A program made the translations under genes and the position numbers. This document shows, piece after piece, positions 49,277 to 57,685 of a stretch of 64,000 nucleotides of DNA. The DNA is from an uncultured Candidatus Saccharibacteria bacterium. Its GTDB lineage: Bacteria > Patescibacteriota > Saccharimonadia > Saccharimonadales > 2-12-FULL-41-12. The notes under the pieces were generated by a model, which saw only the letters and a list, made by a program, of their open reading frames with translations, was not told the origin of the DNA and ran no database searches. Numbering within the stretch: the first letter of the stretch is position 1; every line of letters begins with the position of its first letter. The DNA is taken from assembly GCA_964648105.1 (NCBI GenBank), contig CAZYMH010000003.1:22164-86163 (forward strand), in the 5' to 3' direction.

Positions 49277-49302
49277 GGTGCTTCCCCCTTTCTTTTTTGT
49301 TT

Positions 49303-50175
49303 TTATTTTCGCTGCGTTACTCGGAGTTTAGCACTTCGAGAACGCGGATTATTAACTAATTCATCTTTACCAGGCACAATTGGATTTTTGGTCAAATTTT
49401 TCAATTCGGCATCATAGTTTGGACCACTGTGATTATTGAAATAATTTTTAACAATTCGATCTTCTAGACTATGAAAAGTTATGATTGCTAATTTACCTTC
49501 GTGATTCAGTAATTTATGCATGATTGGCAAACTTTTCTCTAACTGTCCAAGCTCGTTGTTGACTTCTATACGTAAAGCTTGAAAGACTTGAGCCAAAATA
49601 CGATAACGAACTTTATATTGTCCTGGTATGACCTTGGCAAGATCATTTGTAGAATGGTATGGTCGATTTTCGATTATTCGCTTGGCCAAAAACTGACTAT
49701 TTTTTAGCTCACCGTATTTAAAAAGCACATTACTTAGGTCTACTGCATCGTAATGATTTACGACATCTTGAGCAGTCTGACCACGTGTTCTATCCATACG
49801 CATATCGAGTGGACCATCATTCATAAATGAAAAACCACGATCTGGGTTGTCAAGGTGCGGTGACGAAACTCCAATATCTGCCAAAATATAATCAAATTGC
49901 CTGTTTTTGCTTGCTAATGTAGCTGCAGCCGAGTAATAATCACTGTTAATAATCTCGACCCGACTATCTAAAGCAAATTTTTGCTTGAGATAATCAATCG
50001 AATTAATGTCGCGATCAACCAATGTTGCCTGGCCACTTTTGTTAAGTCGCTTAAGCACCAAACTAGCATGCCCACCGTAACCAGCTGTTAAGTCTAAGTA
50101 ACTTTTACCTTTTACGGGGTCTAGTATACTTATAACTTCATTGGCTAAAACTGGAATATGAATTATTTTTTGCAT
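49303..50175 (-). CDS. rsmH: 16S rRNA m4C1402 methyltransferase
   Basis: HIPVL, DLTAGYGGH, DIGVSSPHLD--RGFSF, PLDMRMD, FQALRIEVN, TFHSLEDRIVK, NPRSRSAKLR. Confidence 0.97.
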   Translation of the reverse strand: MQKIIHIPVLANEVISILDPVKGKSYLDLTAGYGGHASLVLKRLNKSGQATLVDRDINSIDYLKQKFALDSRVEIINSDYYSAAATLASKNRQFDYILADIGVSSPHLDNPDRGFSFMNDGPLDMRMDRTRGQTAQDVVNHYDAVDLSNVLFKYGELKNSQFLAKRIIENRPYHSTNDLAKVIPGQYKVRYRILAQVFQALRIEVNNELGQLEKSLPIMHKLLNHEGKLAIITFHSLEDRIVKNYFNNHSGPNYDAELKNLTKNPIVPGKDELVNNPRSRSAKLRVTQRK

Positions 50176-50223
50176 CTATCAAAGTATTATAAACTTTTTT
50201 GTTTTTGTTTTTAAATGTAGTTT

Positions 50224-50489
50224 ACAAGGTCACCTACTTAGCAGCCAATTATTTGTTTTTTTGATGTTTTTGTTTTTGTTTATCTTTGACTAATAATTGC
50301 TTTTCTTTAGATTCTAGAAAACCTAACGATGTTTATAAGCAATTAATTTTTAGCAAAGAATTTTTAAGTTTTAGAGACTTATGTGTGAGGTGGAGTTTTG
50401 GGAGGTGTTTTTTTAGGGAATGTACTAGGGTTTTATCTTGTGGTTGGCCCTATATTTCCACATATTGACTGCCAAGTAGCTGACCTTGT
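50224..50489 (-). ncRNA. Putative structured RNA element in the mraZ-rsmH spacer
   Basis: 26-nt long-range inverted repeat (50224-50249 / 50464-50489) enclosing C-rich and AAAAAC-repeat sequence. Confidence 0.5.
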
Positions 50490-50544
50490 GATAGCTTTTA
50501 CCTTGATACCTGATTTTTAATGTGCATTTTTTATAAAACAAGTC

Positions 50545-50919
50545 CTACATATCGGTATTTTCCTTTGCAATTACTCGCCAGTACTGACCAACTCCAACAA
50601 CTACAACGTCTCGGCTTATGCCTGCGTATTCGAGTTGGTGAGCTTCAAGGGTGATTCTTCCCTGTTTTTCATCGAGCTTAGCTTCAACCTTTCCCATCCT
50701 AAACTTTACGTTAAGGTCGGCAATTTCTTCACTCAATATATCGCCAGCTAAACGAGGTTCAACTTGCAAATCCCAAATTTCTTTTGGATAGATGTGCAAG
50801 TATTTACCAAAGCCACGGGTAATAACTATTCCATCAGAAAACTTGCCTCGAAGCTCAGTCGGTATAGTTAACCGCCGCTTGTCGTCTAGTTTCCTCTCAA
50901 AATAGTCTATTATGGCCAC
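50545..50919 (-). CDS. mraZ: Division/cell wall cluster transcriptional regulator MraZ
   Basis: LDDKRRLTIP, ITRG, LDEKQGRI (two DxxGR-type SpoVT/AbrB repeats); head of the dcw cluster. Confidence 0.9.
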   Translation of the reverse strand: MAIIDYFERKLDDKRRLTIPTELRGKFSDGIVITRGFGKYLHIYPKEIWDLQVEPRLAGDILSEEIADLNVKFRMGKVEAKLDEKQGRITLEAHQLEYAGISRDVVVVGVGQYWRVIAKENTDM

Positions 50920-50993
50920 GAATTGCTCTTACTTGTTTTATTTAATTTACTAGTGGTTTTTATTTTTGCTGCCTGGTAAGCTTTTTTGCCTTA

Positions 50994-51067
50994 CCACGCT
51001 TACCCACTACCAAGAGTTTACTACCCACCATGTCCCACATTCAAGTCTATTTTGATAGTTTCCCCAC
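50994..51067 (-). promoter_or_regulatory. GTGG(G) direct repeats, candidate MraZ binding sites
   Basis: Plus-strand (C)CCAC at 50994, 51003, 51024, 51034, 51063; pairs spaced about 10 bp. Confidence 0.65.
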
Positions 51068-51080
51068 AAAATCTTAAAAG

Positions 51081-51132
51081 TTATCCACAATTTAGGTTAT
51101 GGCTCTACATATAGCGTAAAAAGTTATCCACA
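51081..51132 (+). promoter_or_regulatory. Two perfect DnaA boxes (TTATCCACA at 51081-51089 and 51124-51132)
   Basis: Exact consensus matches upstream of mraZ. Confidence 0.7.
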
Positions 51133-51247
51133 GGACGCTATAGGTACATGTTTGTATTTAAACAGCCAAAAAAGTGTTCTGGCTAACAGTTTTATTAATC
51201 AAAAGCTATAATAATCAAATATAAATACTCTAAAACAAGGAATATGA

Positions 51248-52087
51248 ATGGCAATTTGGGATAAAATTAATAGTAGCGGTGACGTTCAAGATCGACGAGG
51301 TAGCCCTTTGGCAATTGGAGGAGCTAGTAGTTTGATTGGTTTAGGTATAATACTCCTTTATTCCTTCATGGGTGGAACCGATACTAATACTTTACAACAA
51401 ATTCTTTCGACAGTCGAAAATGTTCAAGTTTCGCGTCAAGCTAATTCGCCTAACGTCGGTATAGACGATGGTTACCAGACTTTTGCTAGTAAAATAGTCG
51501 GCTCATCTAACGATTTGTGGTCGCAAGTTTTTACTAAACAATCCAAAACTTATCAAAAACCTACCCTAGTTTTGTTTCGCTCGGCCACTCAATCTGGTTG
51601 TGGCATTGCTACTTCAGCAGTCGGTCCGCACTACTGCCCTGTTGATCAAACTATATATTTAGATGAGACGTTTTTTGACGAGCTTACTAACAAACTTGGA
51701 GCCAAAGGTGGCGATGTTGCTCAAGCCTACGTGATTGCTCATGAAGTCGGTCATCATGTTCAAAATCAACTTGGTATTATGGACCAAGTTCAATCACGTT
51801 ATGGCAATAGCAATGCCATGTCAGTCAAGCTAGAATTACAAGCCGATTGTTACGCTGGCGTGTGGGCATATTCTGTCGGTCAGCAAGGTGTCTTTGAAAA
51901 CCCGAATGAAATTAATGAAGCGATTGACGCCGCCGAAGCTGTCGGCGACGATCGGATTCAAAAAGAAACTACTGGGCGAGTTAACCCAGAAACTTGGACT
52001 CATGGTTCCGCTAATGACCGTGCTAACTGGTTTAACAAAGGCTACTCAACTGGCAACCCCGCTAGTTGCAATACCTTCGCAAGTTAA
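51248..52087 (+). CDS. Neutral zinc metallopeptidase (YpfJ family)
   Basis: DVQDRRG, SGCG, GPHYCP-D, AYVIAHEVGHHVQ, ELQADCYAG, THG. Confidence 0.92.
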   Translation: MAIWDKINSSGDVQDRRGSPLAIGGASSLIGLGIILLYSFMGGTDTNTLQQILSTVENVQVSRQANSPNVGIDDGYQTFASKIVGSSNDLWSQVFTKQSKTYQKPTLVLFRSATQSGCGIATSAVGPHYCPVDQTIYLDETFFDELTNKLGAKGGDVAQAYVIAHEVGHHVQNQLGIMDQVQSRYGNSNAMSVKLELQADCYAGVWAYSVGQQGVFENPNEINEAIDAAEAVGDDRIQKETTGRVNPETWTHGSANDRANWFNKGYSTGNPASCNTFAS

Positions 52088-53415
52088 GCAACGAAGTTTT
52101 CGCTTTCGAGAGAATCAATTTTTTCGGCAAAATACTTTGCACTTGGCCTAATAGTCCGTTTCATGTGGTTTTGTCTATCTACTTCGACCAATCCGAATTT
52201 CGGCCACCAACCTTCTGCCCACTCAAAATTATCGAGTAAGCTCCAGTGCATATAGCCTACTACCTCAATTCCTTCGCTCATTGCTCTCTCAAGAGCTATA
52301 ATTGTCTCCTCAATCCACCACTTGCGATGAGCATCGTACATGTCAGCTAGACCGTTTTCTGTGATCACTATTGGCTTTTTGTAATGGGCCCAGACTCGTA
52401 CTAATAATGGGTATAGTCCTTCTGGCTCCATATACCAGCCAATATCACTTATCGGGAAGGTAGGATTTTTGCGTTCTGGCAAAAACTTTTTTTGTTTAAT
52501 CAAGTCGATACTCAGCCATTCGTAATAATCAGTAAAATAATAATTAAAGCCGACAAAATCTTGATAATTTTTTATACGATTCAAAAACCACCAGTTCCAG
52601 ATATAACGCATCAGATGAGTCGCCGAGATATCTACAAAATTTTGTGGACGCTTAGATTGAATATTGGCCAGCTGGGCAGCTACACCAATTTGCAAATGAT
52701 CATGATGCTTTTTGATAATTTTATATGATTTTTTGTGAGCTTTAATGAGATTTATATATACTCTCGCCCCTGTGATTTGATTTTTTTTATTTGGCGGCCA
52801 ATCACCAATAATATATGAAAATGTCGTATAGACATTTGGTTCATTCAAAGTAATCATATATTTGAGCTTTTCAAGTGGTAATTCTTGGCAAATTTTTTCG
52901 ACAAATCTAGTAAAATATTTAACGTTACTGGCTTTTTCGAAGCCACCAATCTCATCAAACCAAATTGGCAATGTCCAGTGCCAAATATTTAATATAGGCT
53001 CCAAACCTTGCTTCATAACTTCATCTATATAATCTCGGTAGTGCTGCCACTGCTCATCATTCCATTGGCCTTCCACAGGCTCTAATCTCGACCATTCAAC
53101 ACCAAAACGTAGCGAATTTAGATTAATACTTTTGGCGATTTTTATATCTTCTTTGTAACGTTTGTAATGCTCTACTCCACTGCCAGAAATATAATTTTCA
53201 GGATTAGTGGCGACTTTTTTTAATTCATCCCAATGATCTAATTTTGATTTATCGATACTAGCAGGATTACGGTTTTTTTCGGAATTTTTGGCAAGCCGAA
53301 GTGCATTTTCGAGTTCCCACACCGACCATTGATTGTGATTATCGCCTTCTACTTGATGCGAAGATGTACTTGCACCCCAAAGAAATTTTTTAGGAAAGAT
53401 ATTTTGTTTTTTCAT
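52084..53415 (-). CDS. Glycoside hydrolase family 1 (beta-glucosidase-like)
   Basis: FPKKFLWG-STSSHQVEG, EWSR, TLNEP (acid/base), ITENG (nucleophile), WSLLDNFEW. Confidence 0.93.
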   Translation of the reverse strand: MKKQNIFPKKFLWGASTSSHQVEGDNHNQWSVWELENALRLAKNSEKNRNPASIDKSKLDHWDELKKVATNPENYISGSGVEHYKRYKEDIKIAKSINLNSLRFGVEWSRLEPVEGQWNDEQWQHYRDYIDEVMKQGLEPILNIWHWTLPIWFDEIGGFEKASNVKYFTRFVEKICQELPLEKLKYMITLNEPNVYTTFSYIIGDWPPNKKNQITGARVYINLIKAHKKSYKIIKKHHDHLQIGVAAQLANIQSKRPQNFVDISATHLMRYIWNWWFLNRIKNYQDFVGFNYYFTDYYEWLSIDLIKQKKFLPERKNPTFPISDIGWYMEPEGLYPLLVRVWAHYKKPIVITENGLADMYDAHRKWWIEETIIALERAMSEGIEVVGYMHWSLLDNFEWAEGWWPKFGLVEVDRQNHMKRTIRPSAKYFAEKIDSLESENFVA

Positions 53416-53436
53416 TATACTAAAATTGTAACACGA

Positions 53437-54960
53437 CTAATTGACTGCATCTTCACCAAAATGTTTTTTTAGTCTTTGCTTTATCGATCCTGGGTGTCTG
53501 CCGAATTGAGTAGTTAATTTTTCGATATCAATACTAGTGTTTTTCGTAAATAAACCTACCAAAGCTTCGTCATCTTTTTTCGACCAAGGCTTATATGCAT
53601 TGGGGTATTTAGTACGCATTTTTTCTAGCTTATCAGCCCAAGACGAACTGGCTTTTTTATCGTCAATTGATTGATTTTTTTGTTTGAGCCTTTCTTTAGC
53701 ACGTTGCCTGAGATACTCGAATTTTTTGGCATGATTTTTAGTTTGATGTTTGAAGATTTTATCAATTTCTTGGGCTTCGCTACTGACCTTTAAGGCAATC
53801 GAATTGAGTCCGACTAAACTTAAACTTTCTAAGTTTTTTACTCTTGAAAGTGCTACATAGCCCATGCCTTCAACAAAGGCTTTCGACAAATCAATCTTGG
53901 CACCATCGAGCGTCATGCCTTGGCTTTTGTGAATAGTAATAGCCCACGCCAGGCGAAGTGGTATTTGAGTTATACTAGCCCGCTTTTTATCTCCATCACG
54001 TAACTCCCAAGTTTCGGGTGTTATGGTAATTTTACGACCATTTTTTAATTTTACAATCGGATAATTTGTCAGTTTTTCGAAGCCGACTACCACTCCAAGC
54101 GAGCCGTTAACGTACTTTTTTTCAGGATTGTTTCGGATGCACATTACTAAGGCATCTTTTTTCAGAACTAAAATCTCTTGAGCTAAGCAAACATTTTTTA
54201 GAGATTTTACGTAAACTGCACTACCCGTGGTTTCCATTTCGTAACTATGCCCGAGCGTATCGATCTCGCATAATTTTTTATTATTGATTTCATCAACATT
54301 GACATTGTTAGTATGAAGTTCGGTAGCATTTTCGATCTCGATTTCACGCCGAGCAAGTAAAAGATCGATATGCTTTCGCCGTAAGTCACTGCCACGAATT
54401 GAATTCAAAATTTCGAGATAATCATCGTCATTTTGGCGAAATTGTTGGTCTAAATAACAAACAACCATGTCTGAGTTTAAGTAAACATCTGAGTTTACGA
54501 CAAAACCGCCAAACTTACCGTCTGAACGATTGATCGGTGGCAATTGAAAAAAATCTCCGCACAAAATCACTTGAAGACCACCAAATGGCTTATCATTATT
54601 TCGCAAAGTTTTAGTTATTTCATTGATTGTATCTAGTCGAAAATCATGGAGCATAGATATCTCATCGATTATCAAAACATCGGCTTTTTTAATTTGGTCT
54701 ACCCGATTTTTTGATAAATTATCAAAAAATTTTTGGGGTAAATAATCTAATACACCTATGCCACTCCAAGCGTGAATAGTACTACCATTTAAATGAGTGG
54801 CAGCCAGGCCAGTTGTGGCTGTAATCGCCAGAGATTTGCCTTGACTACGAGCAAGCTTAACAAATTGATTCAAAACATAAGTCTTACCAGAGCCAGCAGG
54901 GCCACTAAGCATTACATTATGCCCATCGAGCATTATTTCTAGAGCTAATTCCTGATCCAT
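53437..54960 (-). CDS. Pif1-family SF1B DNA helicase with C-terminal helical (Myb/HTH-like) domain
   Basis: GPAGSGKT, IIDEISM, FGGLQVILCGDFFQLPP, QFRQ, NGS-G, QIPLRLAWAITIHKSQGMTLD, YVALSR. Confidence 0.92.
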   Translation of the reverse strand: MDQELALEIMLDGHNVMLSGPAGSGKTYVLNQFVKLARSQGKSLAITATTGLAATHLNGSTIHAWSGIGVLDYLPQKFFDNLSKNRVDQIKKADVLIIDEISMLHDFRLDTINEITKTLRNNDKPFGGLQVILCGDFFQLPPINRSDGKFGGFVVNSDVYLNSDMVVCYLDQQFRQNDDDYLEILNSIRGSDLRRKHIDLLLARREIEIENATELHTNNVNVDEINNKKLCEIDTLGHSYEMETTGSAVYVKSLKNVCLAQEILVLKKDALVMCIRNNPEKKYVNGSLGVVVGFEKLTNYPIVKLKNGRKITITPETWELRDGDKKRASITQIPLRLAWAITIHKSQGMTLDGAKIDLSKAFVEGMGYVALSRVKNLESLSLVGLNSIALKVSSEAQEIDKIFKHQTKNHAKKFEYLRQRAKERLKQKNQSIDDKKASSSWADKLEKMRTKYPNAYKPWSKKDDEALVGLFTKNTSIDIEKLTTQFGRHPGSIKQRLKKHFGEDAVN

Positions 54961-55968
54961 TTAGTTATCAGGATCTATCGCTTTTAAAGCTTTTTTGTTA
55001 ACAATTTCATATCGCATACCTGTCATCGGAGATTCGACATAATCATCATTGAGTAGGTTTACAAATTTTGTGGCATCTTTATCATCCATAATAATTATCG
55101 CACCAGTTTCATCTTGCATCAGATCAACCCCCATCTCTTCGGCGTGCGACAACAAATCTTCTTGCGAAACCAACCCAGCATCAACTTTTTGTAGTTTTTT
55201 GATAAGAGCTTTTTTGCCTTCGACAATTTTATTCAAATCCATACCATCATCAAATCTTAGTTTGAAATTTTCTAGAATTTCTTTAACCTTGCTTGCTGCC
55301 ACACTTGCCTCTTTAGCGTCGTAGCCAAACAATTGCTTTAGTTTGGTTTGATTAAAGACATATAAATCATCAGCTAGCAACAAAAGTTGCGGGTCAAGCG
55401 ATAATTGCATTACCGCCTCACCGTCAAATTTTACAAATTTACTATCTTTGAGTAGCCAGCTCATTTTCGAGGTCATAACTTGGCTTTTGGGTAATACTTT
55501 AAATACATAAAACGGATCAATTTTGGTGTTTGGATAAGTCACTTTAGTCATTACACCCCTGATACGCCTAAAGTCATGTTCTTCCTCTGAAAATAATGGT
55601 ATTTCAGCGTATTGGTGGTTTAGCCAGTTCATGACTTCCTTAAGGCTGGCGATATTTTGAATTTTGGTACGTTGCAATACTTTATGCTCGGCTTCGGCTT
55701 CTTCAAAATTTCGAACTACTAATCCTTGCTCAACTCCTTCTAATATATATTCCAGAATTTCATCGATAAAAATTGGTTCTAGGAACTTCTTGAGGCTAGC
55801 GTCGACTTTGGTTTTATATAGAGTGTAATTGCGACTAATAAAAAACAAATCTAGATTCAGTTCGTCTTTATATTGAACAAGGTTATTGGCCCAGGCAAAA
55901 ACATCAGTATCATCAGATGATTCGAGTGGCTTATTTGAGTCAGATTGACTTTGTTTATCGGATTCCAT
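54961..55968 (-). CDS. Kiwa KwaB-like (DUF4868) protein
   Basis: Acidic 335-aa protein with LYVFNQTKLKQLFGY and FVNLLNDDYVESPMTG-RYE C-terminus resembling DUF4868. Confidence 0.6.
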   Translation of the reverse strand: MESDKQSQSDSNKPLESSDDTDVFAWANNLVQYKDELNLDLFFISRNYTLYKTKVDASLKKFLEPIFIDEILEYILEGVEQGLVVRNFEEAEAEHKVLQRTKIQNIASLKEVMNWLNHQYAEIPLFSEEEHDFRRIRGVMTKVTYPNTKIDPFYVFKVLPKSQVMTSKMSWLLKDSKFVKFDGEAVMQLSLDPQLLLLADDLYVFNQTKLKQLFGYDAKEASVAASKVKEILENFKLRFDDGMDLNKIVEGKKALIKKLQKVDAGLVSQEDLLSHAEEMGVDLMQDETGAIIIMDDKDATKFVNLLNDDYVESPMTGMRYEIVNKKALKAIDPDN

Positions 55969-55984
55969 ATAGATATTTTAAACT

Positions 55985-56030
55985 AAAAATAAGTTATTGG
56001 TGATGTAAAATAGACCATCAATAACTTATT
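55985..56030 (-). terminator. Hairpin terminator after the Excalibur gene
   Basis: AATAAGTTATTG / CAATAACTTATT inverted repeat running into a T tract on the minus strand. Confidence 0.6.
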
Positions 56031-56046
56031 AATTAAGTTTAGTGCG

Positions 56047-56670
56047 TTATTTTTCGCAGGCTATACCGTCATTGTCACGGTCGAGCTTGTTTTGGTAGGC
56101 TTTATCGCTACGTTTGATGTTAAACACTCCAGCGTCAAAAGCAGCTGTACAATTTTCGAATTGACGACCGTTTGAACTATTAGAGGTTGTTTGATTTTTC
56201 ACTTTATCTTTTGCTTCTTGGCTGGCTTCAGAAGCTGGTTTTTCAGCTACGCTGCCGCCGATTTCACCATTTGGCTTAGTTTGGACTGGAGAATATTTAC
56301 CATTCTGATCAACTTGAGCGGGTTCGGTTGCAATTACACCAAAGGCTCCTAACCAAAGTACAAAAAGTGCAATTAAGGCTTTTGCCCAAGGACTTTTCTT
56401 GAAGCCTTCTGGATCATGAACGTACCAAATGATAATTGCAACTAACGGAATAATCGGCAAAAGAATAATCCACAATAACCATCCAATCAAGATACGGCGG
56501 CCACTCGTCCAGTTTTGATACTTGTTTTTGGTCAATGGAAAGCGAGCCAAAATCCAGACTGCCGATCTTAAAAAGAAGCCTGGATGAGCATTTTTTTCTC
56601 GTTCGGCCATAATTTTATCGTTTTCTTTTTGAACATCTTCGTTTGATGTATTTCTTGTAACTTTTGCCAT
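56047..56670 (-). CDS. Membrane protein with C-terminal Excalibur calcium-binding domain
   Basis: FENCTAA--AG...Y---LDRDNDGIACE; 2-3 TM; SD AGGAGG before ATG 56670. Confidence 0.85.
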   Translation of the reverse strand: MAKVTRNTSNEDVQKENDKIMAEREKNAHPGFFLRSAVWILARFPLTKNKYQNWTSGRRILIGWLLWIILLPIIPLVAIIIWYVHDPEGFKKSPWAKALIALFVLWLGAFGVIATEPAQVDQNGKYSPVQTKPNGEIGGSVAEKPASEASQEAKDKVKNQTTSNSSNGRQFENCTAAFDAGVFNIKRSDKAYQNKLDRDNDGIACEK

Positions 56671-56737
56671 CTCTAGCAACCTCCTAAATTAATATTTACA
56701 TTATACATTATTATTGCGTGAGCAATATGCTTTTGAT

Positions 56738-57661
56738 TTAATTATCGACCGAGCTAAATCCTATAACATACTGATAAGGCGTACACATCCTGAATCCATT
56801 ATCTTGTTGTCCGACCACAAATAACTGGTTATCAACCTCAGCCCATCTCCCTCCACTTTTAACCGCACACCCTTTAAAGACATCAAAATATTCGGGTTTG
56901 AAGCAGTCGAAGGCTTTTCTGCCGTTCATGTCACGGATAAGCGTGATGATTTCTCGTGAAGCTTTTCTTTGCTGTAGTGTAGTCGGAACATATGGCAGAT
57001 ATAATGGTGTATAGGCATTGATTCCATCAAAAAGCCCTAACGAGTTAATGTAACTTAGCGATTCTTGATTTGTAGAGAATGGATTAAATGTTTCACCTCG
57101 ATTGATTGCCTTGTTGATCTCTTGAGCAGCTATTTTAATCCAGACCGCAGGGTCTCGATTTTTACACCTGAAAAGTCTAGCGTCAACGTTTTGCGAAATC
57201 TCATCGTTGCTGGCAGACATATTAGATAATGAATGTGCATCGACAGGTGCAATTGGCACTAACTCACAATTTTCCGGATCCAATAGTGAATAATATTCAG
57301 TTTTGTGTCTGGCTACTCCCCTTTTTTCCTTGTTAACAACTTTTGTCGTTATGCGGTGCAAGTATTTCATACTCGAATTTTCATCATTTTCCTCCAAATG
57401 ATAGGCATAAGGAAAAAACCCTTCATACATGCCACTTGTAGTGCTAAATTCTTCATCTGTTTCTAGTTGATATGCATCAAAACTCACTTTACATGCGTTG
57501 GCCACGACGTATTTGCCAAGTATATTATGTCTATTTTCTTCTTTAAAAATATCTTCGGTATAAGATGCTTGCTCTCGACTTGAAACAGCCACACCTCTAA
57601 GCTGTTCATTTAATTCAGTTACGTACTGATTAAGCTGGACGAGTCTCTCGTAATTAGTCAT
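56738..57661 (-). CDS. Hypothetical protein
   Basis: 307-aa ORF, co-oriented, no recognised motif. Confidence 0.65.
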   Translation of the reverse strand: MTNYERLVQLNQYVTELNEQLRGVAVSSREQASYTEDIFKEENRHNILGKYVVANACKVSFDAYQLETDEEFSTTSGMYEGFFPYAYHLEENDENSSMKYLHRITTKVVNKEKRGVARHKTEYYSLLDPENCELVPIAPVDAHSLSNMSASNDEISQNVDARLFRCKNRDPAVWIKIAAQEINKAINRGETFNPFSTNQESLSYINSLGLFDGINAYTPLYLPYVPTTLQQRKASREIITLIRDMNGRKAFDCFKPEYFDVFKGCAVKSGGRWAEVDNQLFVVGQQDNGFRMCTPYQYVIGFSSVDN

Positions 57662-57685
57662 TTTTCTACATTCTACTATTACTAT

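Noticed and set aside
50286-50468. 60-aa plus-strand ORF in the mraZ-rsmH spacer
   Set aside because: Antisense to the operon, TTG start without SD; better explained by RNA structure
56047-56670. TM protein upstream of the KwaB-like gene as KwaA
   Set aside because: Carries a clear Excalibur domain and is followed by a terminator
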